DNA of 64,000 nt from the human T2T-CHM13v2.0 reference genome, Homo sapiens (GCF_009914755.1 NC_060944.1); one strand, 5' to 3'. Positions 22,989 through 63,930 are shown, counted from the stretch's first letter. The notes: a model not told the origin generated them from the sequence alone. A program made the numbers and translations.

Positions 22989-23825
22989 GTAAGTGCCCTC
23001 CTGGGGGGCAGCTGGGGTCTGGGAGGCCTTGGGATGTGGCTGCAGCTGGGTCAGTCAGCCAGGCTGAAGCCCACTCCCTGGGTCTGAGCAGACTGGCCCC
23101 AAACTCCAGAGACCACCCCTCACCCCCCAGCTTCTGTCTCTGCTGCTGGACTGTGCTGTTTGTAAGGCATCCCCCACCCCGAGAAGTTCTGCTAAGATCC
23201 CCAAGAAGGGGACAGATCCTCTCTGGCAGAGACACTGGCAGACAAGAAGAGCCAGAGAGAAGTGGGGTGGGGGCATCAGCACCCCCAGCAGCTGCTGCTG
23301 CCTGCTGACCCAGCCTCCAGCTCCTCCGGGTGCAGGGTCCCTCCTGCTGACCAGCCTCCAGCTCTTCCCAGTTCTGGGCTCCGCAGCGAGCGGCTTGGGG
23401 GCACTACCTGACACAGGAGACCATGTCTGGGCAGAGGGTGGCTGCAGGTGGAGTCTGTGGCCTGTGGCGCACACCCAGGGGCTCCCCCGATGCTGGTTAC
23501 TATCTGGGCTATGGTGGCCACAGCTGTCCTGCCCCTCCTCACGGCCGTGCTGGGTGTTACCGTGGTCACCCGCAGGGACACGGAGGGGCCAGGCAGAGCA
23601 GCCCTAGTTCACCTCACCGGGAGCCCCCGCCAGAAGGTGGGCACCTCTGGGAGGGAGGGACTGCCAGGCCTTGGGGCTTCCTGTGCTGAGTCAGAGCTGG
23701 AACGGGAGACGCAGGAGCCCCGCAGCCGCGGGAGGTGCAGATTTGGGGCTGCCAGGTGGCGCCAGGTCCCCTTGGCCAGCCCCCAGCGCCCCTTTCTTCT
23801 GTCCCCAGGGCCTCGGCTTCACAGG

Positions 23826-23923
23826 ATGGGGCTGCCAGTGTCCTGGGCCCCTCCTGCCCTCTGGGTTCTAGGGTGCTGCGCCCTGCTCCTCTCGCTGTGG
23901 GCGCTGTGCACAGCCTGCCGCAG
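23826..23923 (+). CDS. LIME1: LIME1 first coding exon (exon acceptor at 23809); TM and CxxC
   Basis: gtccccag|GGCCTCGGCTTCACAGGATG...CGCAG|gtaggt. Confidence 0.93.
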
Positions 23924-25171
23924 GTAGGTCCCTCAGCCGCGTTCTGTCTGGGGCCTCGCTGCGGCTGCCATTCACAGCCCAGCGCGGGAAGGGGCTGGAG
24001 GCAGGTCCGCGCACCCAGCTCGGCACGCGCGCCTGCACCGGGCCTTGGACCCGAGGCTGACGACCCCGCCCCCCGCCCCCCACCTCTACCCCCAAGGCCC
24101 GAGGACGCTGTAGCCCCCAGGAAGAGGGCGCGGAGGCAGCGGGCGAGGCTGCAGGGCAGTGCGACGGCGGCGGAAGCGGTGAGTGCCAGGCTGTCCCGGG
24201 GACCAGGGTGGGGTCCGCAGGGGACCGACCAGCCTTCCTCGCCCCCAGTCCCTACTGAGGCGGACCCACCTCTGCTCCCTCAGCAAGTCGGACACCAGAC
24301 TGCACGAGCTGCACCGGGGCCCGCGCAGCAGCAGGGGTGAGCAGAGGGCGGGGGCGGCCGGGCGGGGCTTACTGTGCAGCGCGTGCCAACCCCTGGGCCA
24401 GACCCGCTCCTGCCCCCTGCCCGGAGTGAACTCTGCCCTGACCCCACCCCCAGCCCTGCGGCCTGCCAGCATGGATCTCCTGCGCCCACACTGGCTGGAG
24501 GTGTCCAGGGACATCACCGGACCGCAGGCAGCCCCCTCTGCCTTCCCACACCAGGAGCTGCCCCGGGCTCTGCCGGCAGCTGCAGCCACCGCAGGGTGCG
24601 CTGGCCTCGAGGCCACCTATTCCAACGTGGGGCTGGCGGCCCTTCCCGGGGTCAGCCTGGCGGCCAGCCCTGTGGTGGCCGAGTATGCCCGCGTCCAGAA
24701 GCGCAAAGGGACCCATCGCAGTCCCCAAGAGCCACAGCAGGGGAAGACTGAGGTGACCCCGGCCGCTCAGGTAACGTGGGCCAGGGTAGGGCGCTGTGGG
24801 TGGGGCCGGCAGGTCCTCAGCAGGTTGGATGGTGCTGACCCCTCCTCGGGTTGGCTTCCTGTCTCCAGGTGGACGTCCTGTACTCCAGGGTCTGCAAGCC
24901 TAAAAGGAGGGACCTAGGACCCACCACAGACCCGCTGGACCCCAAGGGCCAGGGAGCGATTCTGGCCCTGGCGGGTGACCTGGCCTACCAGACCCTCCCG
25001 CTCAGGGCCCTGGATGTGGACAGCGGCCCCCTGGAAAACGTGTATGAGAGCATCCGGGAGCTGGGGGACCCTGCTGGCAGGAGCAGCACGTGCGGGGCTG
25101 GGACGCCCCCTGCTTCCAGCTGCCCCAGCCTAGGGAGGGGCTGGAGACCCCTCCCTGCCTCCCTGCCCTGA
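23826..25171 (+). CDS. LIME1: LIME1, Lck-interacting transmembrane adaptor 1 (295 aa): join(23826..23923,24097..24178,24249..24336,24454..24770,24869..25171)
   Basis: Exons sum to 888 nt. N-terminal TM followed by the CxxC palmitoylation motif ([33 protein letters not shown]); tyrosine motifs YSNV, YARV, YSRV, YQTL, YESI. All introns are GT-AG. Confidence 0.97.
24097..24178 (+). CDS. LIME1: LIME1 coding exon (82 nt)
   Basis: ccccaag|GCCCGAG...GAAGCG|gtgagt. Confidence 0.92.
24249..24336 (+). CDS. LIME1: LIME1 coding exon (88 nt)
   Basis: gcccccag|TCCCTA...AGCAGGG|gtgagc. Confidence 0.92.
24454..24770 (+). CDS. LIME1: LIME1 coding exon (317 nt)
   Basis: accccag|CCCTGCGG...GCTCAG|gtaacg. Confidence 0.92.
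24869..25171 (+). CDS. LIME1: LIME1 last coding exon
   Basis: gtctccag|GTGGACGTC...CTGCCCTGA. Confidence 0.93.
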
Positions 25172-25346
25172 ACACTCAAGGACCTGTGCTCCTTCCTCCA
25201 GAGTGAGGCCCGTCCCCCGCCCCGCCCCGCCTCACAGCTGACAGCGCCAGTCCCAGGTCCCCGGGCTGCCAGCCCGTGAGGTCCGTGAGGTCCTGGCCGC
25301 TCTGACAGCCGCGGCCTCCCCGGGCTCCAGAGAAGGCCCGCGTCTA

Positions 25347-25352
25347 AATAAA
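25347..25352 (+). terminator. LIME1: LIME1 poly(A) signal AATAAA
   Basis: Canonical hexamer ~175 nt after the stop. Confidence 0.85.
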
Positions 25353-26178
25353 GCGCCAGCGCAGGATGAAAGCGGCCAGCCTCGCAGCCTGCTCTTCTTG
25401 AAAGCTGGGCGGGTTGGGGCGGGGGGCTTCTCTGGAAGGCTTGGAGCTGTCCCCTCTGGCCTTGGGGGACTGGCTGCCCCCGGGGCGCCCGGGCCTAGCC
25501 GAGGCGGTGCTCCTGCCGGCCAGACTCTCGGTCAGTGCGGGCACGGGGTCCCAGCCACTCCTAGGGGGCAGCGCAGCCGGCAGGGTGGCCGCCCCCGGGT
25601 GGGACTTGGACCCTGGACTCCACGGGAGGGCTCCGCCACCCAGCCTGGTGTTACATAAGGGGTGGTGGAGGTGGGCAGTCGAGCGTTAAAGAGTAACCTG
25701 CTGCCGGGAAGCCCGCCAAGCAATCGCGGCCCCTTCCCCGGCTCTGGCAGCTCTGCGAGCGCGCCCGTGGGGAACGGGCCCTCCCCGGCGGGGCGCGCGG
25801 GCGCGCGAGGTGGGCGGAGGCCTCGGAGCTGTGCCGGGCCGGGCCTCCCTCCCTAGGCCAGCGCGGGAGCGACCCGGAGGGGGCGGGCCCGGGGCGGGGC
25901 CTCGAAGCGCTGGCCGGCGGGAGCGCGGCCGGCCGGGCCCGCCCGCCTGCGGTGTGGACGCCGCGCGGCCAATGCGCGCGCCGGGACGGGACGGGACGGG
26001 GCGGGGCGGGGCGGGACGAGACGGGGCGGGGCGGGCCGGGCAGCCTCCGGGCGGCGCGGCGCGGGCGGCGGCCGGATCCAGGGCGGGGGTCGGCGGCCCG
26101 GCCAGCCCGGCCCGGCCCGGGGCCGCGTCCTGAGAGTCAGCCCTCGCCGCTGCAGCCTCGGCGCCCGGCCGGCCGGCC

Positions 26179-26304
26179 ATGGAGCGCCCCCCGCCCCGCG
26201 CCGCCGGCCGGGACCCCAGTGCGCTGCGGGCCGAGGCGCCGTGGCTGCGCGCGGAGGGTCCGGGGCCGCGCGCCGCGCCCGTGACGGTGCCCACGCCGCC
26301 GCAG
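26179..26304 (+). CDS. SLC2A4RG: SLC2A4RG exon 1 coding part
   Basis: gccATGGAG...CCGCAG|gtaccg. Confidence 0.92.
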
Positions 26305-29256
26305 GTACCGGGCGCCGGTGGGCGGGGGCGCCGACCAAGTTTCTCTCGCTGCAAAGATGGCGTCAGTGCTGCCCAAACTTCGGGCCCCCGGGGGCGGGGC
26401 AGCGGGGAGGGCGGCCGCGTCGGTCCGCGCGTGTCCGTGGGTCCCGCCGGGGCTGCGCCGGGCGGCCGGGGAGCCCTTCCCGCCGCGCCGGGCTGGGGGC
26501 GGGGCCGGGGGCGGGGCCGCGCCGTCCACACCGGCCGCAGCCGGTTTTCGAGGCGGGCGCCGAGCGGATCCGCGGCGGAGGTTGAGGGACCCCCCTCCCC
26601 CGGCCACCGCCTCCGCTGAGTCTGCCCCCTCCCCATCCGCAGGGCTCTTCCGTGGGCGGCGGCTTCGCGGGCTTGGAGTTCGCGCGGCCGCAGGAGTCGG
26701 AGCCGCGGGCCTCGGACCTGGGGGCCCCCCGGACGTGGACGGGGGCGGCGGCGGGGCCCCGGACTCCGTCGGCGCACATCCCCGTCCCAGCGCAGAGGTG
26801 AGCGGGAGGCCCGGTGCCTCGGGACTCGGTGTGCGCAGGGGCGGTGGGTGGGGTGCGGAGACACCGGCCCCGACGGAGGCCAGGTCAGGGCCCCAGGTTT
26901 GTAATTACCAGCCACCCCCAAGCTCTTCAGCCCTGGAGGAGCTGAGCAGAAATGATCGATGACTGGGAGTCCCTACACCTCCCTCCACCGCAGTTCCTCG
27001 GGGCTAGAGCTCAGAACCCGGAGCGGGTGGCTGTGCGTCTCTGTGCAGAAGAGGCTGCGCGGTCGGCATGGGGCGACTGTCCAGGAATCCCTGGGGCTCC
27101 TGACCGCCACCTCCCAACCCCTGCCAGGCCGGACACCTCGGTCTGGCTGCCAGGGCAGGGGCGGGCCCTGGCCTGGCTCGCTGGGGCCTGGGGAGCTGCC
27201 CGTGCTTCCAGCCCAGTCTCCCCCTGGCTGCTGCCGGCTGCTGGCCACTCCCACCTCCCAGGCCTGGCGTGAGGCCCACAGCTGCTGTTGCACAACCCTG
27301 GTTAATGTGTGATGGGGGGAGGCCTGGGCCTGGCCCGCCCCTCTGCCAGGGCTTCAGACCCCTGCCCAGCCCCAGTATCTGAAGGAACCACAGTGGAGCC
27401 AAGCCCGCGATGTGGAGAACTCAGGCTTCAGGAGACCCTGGCCCTGCTCCTGGCGGCTCCGGGTGGCTTTCAGCTCTCTCTGCAACCTGAGCTGGGGGAG
27501 GAGCCAGGCCTCATGCCCAGGGCTGGGAGTGGGGAGCCTGGTGTGCACGCGTGCCCAGGCCTGCACGTGGACCGACCAGGGGAGGGGCCCAGAGCTCTGG
27601 CTGGGTCACCCGCACCCCGCCCCCATCTCCTCCAGAGCCACCCCAGGAAAAGCCCGGCTGGACGAGGTCATGGCTGCCGCTGCCCTTACAAGCCTGTCCA
27701 CCAGCCCTCTCCTTCTGGGGGCCCCGGTTGCAGCCTTCAGCCCAGGTAAGACTCAGATGTCTGCATTTAGGGGTGTGGGTGGGGACAGGGCTCAGAACCT
27801 ACAGCCACCCAGCCTCTGTGGGGCAAGCAGAGCCCTCAAACCTGGGACTCCTTTCTAAAATGGACTCCCGCACCCTCAGTGCCCCCTACTGAGGCCAAAG
27901 CGGCAGGACCCAGGCCTTCTGGCCTCCCTGACCTGCTCACCTCCACGCGGCTGGCCACACACGTCTGCCAACCCTTTCCTGTGCCGGGGGGGTTTCTCCC
28001 CAAGCCCTGGGGCCAGCTCCTCCAAGACGCTCTGCCCACCAGTCTCACCGGACTTGGTGAACAGGGGCAGCTCAGGATTAGGGACTCCCTGGACCCACCC
28101 GAAGTTCTAAGGCGGGGGGCCCGTGTCCCCACAGAGCCTGGCCTGGAGCCCTGGAAGGAGGCCCTGGTGCGGCCCCCAGGCAGCTACAGCAGCAGCAGCA
28201 ACAGTGGAGACTGGGGATGGGACCTGGCCAGTGACCAGTCCTCTCCGTCCACCCCGTCACCCCCACTGCCCCCCGAGGCAGCCCACTTTCTGTTTGGGGA
28301 GCCCACCCTGAGAAAAAGGAAGGTGAGCTTGGGGGCGGCCCCCAGGGAGGGGCGGGTGTGGCGGCTGAGCCTGACCCTGGCCCCTGTTGCTGCAGAGCCC
28401 GGCCCAGGTCATGTTCCAGTGTCTGTGGAAGAGCTGCGGGAAGGTGCTGAGCACGGCGTCGGCGATGCAGAGACACATCCGCCTGGTGCACCTGGGGTGC
28501 GGCGGGGCCTGGGGTGCGGCGGGGCCTGCGGGTTGGCTGGGGTTGTGAGGCCCGGCCAGGCCACCCCTTCAGCTCCCACTGGCTGGCTGTGTCTCCCGCA
28601 GGAGGCAGGCAGAGCCTGAGCAGAGTGATGGTGAGGAGGACTTCTACTACACAGAGCTGGATGTTGGTGTGGACACGCTGACCGACGGGCTGTCCAGCCT
28701 GACTCCAGTGTCCCCCACGGCCTCCATGCCGCCTGCCTTCCCCCGCCTGGAGCTGCCAGAGCTGCTGGAGCCCCCAGCCCTGCCTAGTCCCCTGCGGCCG
28801 CCTGCCCCGCCCCTGCCCCCGCCCCCTGTCCTGAGCACCGTTGCTAACCCCCAGTCCTGTCACAGTGACCGTGTCTACCAGGTGGGTGAGGCCACGGGTG
28901 GCAGCTGGGGCGGGTCTCAGGGCTCTCTGGAGGGGAGTGAAGCCCTGGCTGTGTCTCCCTGTAGGGCTGCCTGACGCCCGCCCGCCTGGAGCCGCAGCCC
29001 ACGGAGGTCGGAGCCTGCCCACCCGCCTTGTCCTCCAGGATCGGAGTCACCCTGAGGTGCGTGTGGGCTGAGGGCCTGCGGCTGGCACCAGGTGGGGAGG
29101 GTCCTGGTCTCACAGCACCCCATGTCCTGTGACCCCCCGCACAGGAAGCCCCGCGGCGACGCGAAGAAGTGCCGGAAGGTGTATGGCATGGAGCGCCGGG
29201 ACCTCTGGTGCACAGCCTGCCGCTGGAAGAAAGCCTGCCAGCGGTTCCTGGACTAA
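26179..29256 (+). CDS. SLC2A4RG: SLC2A4RG (GLUT4 enhancer factor / HDBP1, 387 aa): join(26179..26304,26643..26797,27636..27745,28135..28322,28396..28496,28602..28881,28965..29056,29145..29256)
   Basis: Exons sum to 1164 nt. CR1 [13 protein letters not shown], basic RKRK, C2H2 finger [28 protein letters not shown]2 [11 protein letters not shown]-clamp/CR3 [30 protein letters not shown]. Kozak gccATGG. Confidence 0.97.
26643..26797 (+). CDS. SLC2A4RG: SLC2A4RG exon 2
   Basis: atccgcag|GGCTCT...GCAGAG|gtgagc. Confidence 0.9.
27636..27745 (+). CDS. SLC2A4RG: SLC2A4RG exon 3 (CR1)
   Basis: ctcctccag|AGCCACC...AGCCCAG|gtaaga. Confidence 0.92.
28135..28322 (+). CDS. SLC2A4RG: SLC2A4RG exon 4
   Basis: ccccacag|AGCCTGG...AGGAAG|gtgagc. 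Confidence 0.92.
28396..28496 (+). CDS. SLC2A4RG: SLC2A4RG exon 5 (C2H2 finger)
   Basis: ttgctgcag|AGCCCG...CACCTGGG|gtgcgg. Confidence 0.92.
28602..28881 (+). CDS. SLC2A4RG: SLC2A4RG exon 6 (CR2, Pro-rich)
   Basis: ctcccgcag|GAGGCAG...TACCAG|gtgggt. Confidence 0.92.
28965..29056 (+). CDS. SLC2A4RG: SLC2A4RG exon 7
   Basis: ctccctgtag|GGCTGC...CCTGAG|gtgcgt. Confidence 0.9.
29145..29256 (+). CDS. SLC2A4RG: SLC2A4RG exon 8 (C-clamp) to TAA
   Basis: cccgcacag|GAAGCCC...GACTAA. Confidence 0.93.
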
Positions 29257-29745
29257 GTCCGGCTCGTTCAAGAACATAAGCTACCACCTTCTCCCTCCCC
29301 ACCCCCTCCAGGCCCGGGGCTGAAACAGCCCGAGGACAGCCCCAGGGGCTGGCTTTCACCAGCTGCAGGGTCTGCTTTTACTTGGGGTGGGGGGGCGGGG
29401 CTGACCCTGAACCCTCCCCCCCGCCAGGTCGGGGAGGGGTCCCACCACTCAAAGTGCCTCTAAAGAAACCAGCTTTTTGCACTAAAGCCAAACCACACCG
29501 CTGTCCCCTTAGCCCCAAGGGCCCTGGGGGCAGCCACCCTCCCGCCTGTCGGCCCGTAGATTTATCAAGGGTGTTATGGGCCCAGCTTTGGGGGGCCAGT
29601 CCCGATGCACTTTGAGGGGTGTTGGAGAGGGGACTCCCCCACTCGCACTTAACTCAACGGCTCTCGGGCCCTGGGGCTGTTTTTACCATGTTTGTTTTTG
29701 AAGCTCAGGTGTCTCACGTCTGGGCTGCACCAGGCGAAGAGAGAA

Positions 29746-29751
29746 ATTAAA
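29746..29751 (+). terminator. SLC2A4RG: SLC2A4RG proximal poly(A) signal candidate (ATTAAA)
   Basis: Hexamer ~490 nt after the stop, followed by a T/GT-rich stretch. Confidence 0.6.
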
Positions 29752-29954
29752 GATTTGAGGTTTTTCCAGAAGCTTTGTCTGCCTCTCGGGAGGAAGGCCG
29801 TGGGGCTGGGACCCTGTGGTGGGCAAGTGGGTGGAGTCTGGCAGCTGCCCACAGAGGGCCGAGGGTCACCCGTCGGCCGCCGCCACCCCAGGCGAGGCCG
29901 GAGGAAGGATCATCTGAGACGCAGGAGGCATCTGCTGGAGCAGCAATTTCCCAA

Positions 29955-29960
29955 TTTATT
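29955..29960 (-). terminator. ZBTB46: ZBTB46 distal poly(A) signal (AATAAA on minus strand)
   Basis: TTTATT on the plus strand at the distal end of the AU-rich 3' UTR-like block. Confidence 0.7.
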
Positions 29961-30295
29961 GAAAGTGATCGCTTTGCAAGGATGTCTAAGCTAATCCCGT
30001 CACAGAAAGGAAACGCACAGGCGCCTAGGCAGAAACTTGGAGACTCACCGCAGAGGCCACGTGAACCCACGGCCACAGAGAGGCAGGACGGCAGAGCCAT
30101 GATTTCCCACCGAGCGATTACGAGAACCTCTTCCCCCAATAGTAGACACATCTCCAATACAAACACAGGTTTATAATAAGTAATAGGAAGTCAATATAAT
30201 ATAGATTATCCCCAGAAAAAAATCAACAATCTTCAAACACTGCCCTTTTTTTGTGTGTTTTGTTTTTGTTGACAGGTTGAAAGCATGTTGAAAAA

Positions 30296-30301
30296 AATAA
30301 A
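30296..30301 (+). terminator. SLC2A4RG: SLC2A4RG distal poly(A) signal candidate (AATAAA)
   Basis: First canonical AATAAA seen downstream of the stop; lies inside the antisense ZBTB46 3' UTR. Confidence 0.5.
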
Positions 30302-30808
30302 TATTTAAGAAAAGCACACACAGCACCCTCACTACAAGTAGTTCTAAAAGGGCTGCATACAAAACACAATATAAGATCTAAAAAAAACCACCACCATTAA
30401 GTATGGCTTTCTTAAGAGTCGCACATGTCACAGAATGAGCTAAAATAAGATTACTTCTTTTATAATATTGCAAAAAGTTCCAGTTTTTGCATTTTCTCAG
30501 TTTTTTAAAGAGGAAGATGTGCAAAGTTGGAAGCAGTAAGCTGCGTCTTCTGAGTCAGTTCCCTACGTAGCCCTGGCAGTGTCCTGTGTCCCAAAGCTCA
30601 GAGAGCCCCAGTGTACAACCTGGTCAGGATCCAGAGCTTGACAGAAAAATCGTGGTGTCCCTGCCCCCTCCCCGCCCCCAAATAACACCATCCCCAATGG
30701 ACTGTATTTCCCACTTTGGTGTTGTAAACACCAAAATACAAACAGACACAAACAAAAATACAAAATGTGAAATGTAATCTACACATTTTTCCTCTTCATA
30801 AAAAAATA

Positions 30809-30814
30809 TTTATT
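30809..30814 (-). terminator. ZBTB46: ZBTB46 proximal poly(A) signal candidate (AATAAA on minus strand)
   Basis: TTTATT on the plus strand in a U-rich mRNA context. Confidence 0.55.
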
Positions 30815-33195
30815 AGTTTGAACATCGATTTAAAAAAAAATCAGTCACATAAAAAAAACCCTTCATGACATGTCTTTTCCCTCCACGCCTCCTGAGATGG
30901 ACGTGCTCACCTGGGCCTCGGAAATCCCACACTCTTCAGTCGGCAAACTGCGAACAAGAACAGGAAATCTGCCACGCAGCAAACACTTGGGGAGGTCAGT
31001 GGGACACTGTTGGTTTTAGGGAAGAAAATGCCCCTGTAGCTCCGGCGGGGAACCCCAAAACGGTCAGCAAAGGCAGGCCACACGGAGTGAGCCGGCCAGA
31101 TGGAGCAGGACATCCTGAGTGTGGAGGGGGAGGCGGGCCTGGGTCCTGGGCAGGGTGGCCTGAGAGCAGGGACTGGTACAAAACCCAGAGACATTGGTGG
31201 GTAGCAAAGGTCTGGTTTCCAAATGCATTTTGTAAGAAAGTCAGTCTGTTTAGAAAAAGGGTTTAAAAATCAGGGGAAAGGTACAAAGTTCTGAGAATTC
31301 TCAAAGAGGCCGGGGTGGGGCTGGCCTGGGGTGAGGGCTGGAGGGCTCCGCTGCAGCTCCCTGGTAGCCATGCTCTCCCCCTGGGGGACTCGTGCCAGAG
31401 CCACCCACCTTGCTCGGTAAGAGTGGGCAGGGCTCACCGCTGAGGGGCCAGCGCTTGGCCCGGCTCCTATCCCCACACTCCGTGTGCAGAAAAATCTTGG
31501 CCTCTTTCTCCAGCTTTGAGGAGCCCACAGCCTCCGAGCTGAGGGGTGTGTGTGATGACAGCTCCAGCCAGGGCACCCTGTCATTGGTAGAACCGGGGGC
31601 CAATGTCAAAAAACAAAAGCCGTGACTCCTGCGCTGTACCTGGAGTCCTCCATGTACTCCTCCACAGGACCCCCGGCCAGCCCCAGCCCTCCCCGAGCAG
31701 CAGCGGTCAGGGAAGCTGGTGCTCTACCTGACAATGTGGGGAAAAGCCTGGTATACAGGCTAGAAAAAGAGAGTAAAAACTCTTTCCACGCAGCCCTGAA
31801 GCTCAGCACTCCGGGGGGTCTTCACACGGGCAGGTCCTGGAGGGAAGGAGGAGGCCACCGCGCCCACCTCCCATCTGAAGGCACAGCACCGCAGTGGTGG
31901 CCTGTGCCAGAGGAGGGGGTGAAGGATGGAATGTCCTCATGGTGAGTGCTGTCAGAGGCAGGCCTGAACGAGAAGACAGGCCGTGGCAACGGTCCCGAGG
32001 CTGTGAGTCTAGGCAGCCTGCCTCCGGGACCCCCAAAGCCAGGCGGTGCACCACAGCACACACCGTGGGACCTTTGCTTTTCACTCAGGAAAAGAAAGAA
32101 CATGTGAGTGCTTCTGAAAACACAGCAAGAGGACTTGAGCACAAGCTAAAGGAAAAACAACCCTATATAGTTTCTTCGAGTGAGAAAAATAATGCCAAAC
32201 AAAATAATTTTATGTAACTACCTCGATATGTCTCTGACTACTTAAAAATTTGGTTACCCACGCGGGGAGGTGTAAGCAGCACACTGCAGTTAGGAACACC
32301 GCCTCCAGTGTTAGCAGCAAAGGCAGGAGCCCAGCTCCAGCCCGTCCAGGAGGGGTCAGCAGGAGCGGCCGGGCTGGGCCATGGGCAGAACAGGACGGGC
32401 AGAGCCCGGGGTGGACGTGGCAGCCCAAGGCTCTCCGAGGAAGTGCACACGACTGAGCCGAGGCCCTTGCAGAGGGAACCTGGTGTGGCCTGAAGTGGTG
32501 GGGGGCACAGGGCTGAGGGTCCCCTCCTGGAAGGAGCCCCCAGGGCTGTGTCCACCTAAGATAGCACCTGGAGCCCTCGGCCTCCAGCAGGGTCTGCAGC
32601 TGTGTTGTGTGTTAAGCACCAAAGCCCAGAGGTAAGACGGTGGCAGGGCTCTCTGTGCACCTGGATTCTACAGGCTGCCATGGGCCACGGCTGCACCACG
32701 GGCCACGGCTGCAGCCACAGGCAGTGACCTGGCTGCTAGGGGAGGGGAGGGCGGGCTCCAGCCGGGCTGACCGGGTGTCTGTAAAACTCTGCACCTGCTC
32801 AGGCCAGGGGCCTCTGGGCCGAACACACCACCCCGCCCAGTGCCCACTGGACCCGGCCACAGGCCCATCACGTGTCCAAGCCAGGCTGGCCATCACAGGG
32901 GCCACTCACACACCCGCACCACCTGCTGGGGACTTAGGACCGTGCTCTCCCTTCACTCAAACCCACCCTGTGCCCTCCCCCAACTCACTTCATGTCTGGT
33001 CCCAGAGCACCCCTCTTGCTGGGGTCGCACCTGCTTAGCCCGCAGGGCTGGTTTCCGTGGGGGGTGGGTTCAGGGGGAAGCAGAGGAGGGGCCGCGAGAG
33101 GGGTGAGCGTGGCCCTGGCCCCGCAGTGGAGACCCACCGGACACACACACGGGTGGACGGAGCGAGGCAGCCACCGACCCTGCCGGCGGGCGGGC

Positions 33196-61681
<28,486 letters not shown>

Positions 61682-62064
61682 CTGGGGACAGAGGGACACA
61701 CGTCAGAAGACACGGGTCGTTCCCAGACTCTCCAAGTGGGACAGGCGACACATTTAGAAGGACAGCGACCAGCTTCTGCCTGAGCTACAGAGCAGCATCA
61801 AGTCCAGCCCACCCTGGGAGCCGGGCACCTGCCCCAGCAATGCAGCAGCCTCGGCCCAGCCCGGCCTTTCCTGCCCACCCAGGTCCCATGGCTGCGGTGG
61901 AGTCTCAGCCAAGGCTTTGGAGGACGGCTCAACTCAGAACAACGGGGTTGCCCTCCCTGGACGAGGCGCTGCAGACCTGGTACCTGCTCTGCTCCAGGGC
62001 CGAGGGCCTGAGAGTCAGAGGCTCCTGGGGCGGCAGTATTTCCATCTCGCAAAGACGAGGAGAG

Positions 62065-63930
<1,866 letters not shown>

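Larger units (their letters stand above)
25470..26880. promoter_or_regulatory. SLC2A4RG: CpG island / SLC2A4RG promoter, exon 1, intron 1 and exon 2
   Basis: Very high GC and CpG density; CCAAT at 25969; tandem GGGGCGGGG boxes at ~25997-26035; YY1-like AAGATGGCG at 26354. Confidence 0.88.
29935..33195 (-). other. ZBTB46: ZBTB46 3' UTR (~3.2 kb)
   Basis: No interspersed repeats seen between the stop codon and the distal AATAAA; AU-rich blocks and several 8mer miRNA seed matches. Confidence 0.75.

Noticed and set aside
25686-26962. 411-aa minus-strand ORF and other Arg/Pro/Gly-rich ORFs
   Set aside because: Stop codons are depleted in a CpG island. Only the SLC2A4RG exons have splice and domain support.
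28078-29022. 314-aa minus-strand ORF
   Set aside because: It is the antisense shadow of GC-rich SLC2A4RG exons and has no recognisable domain.
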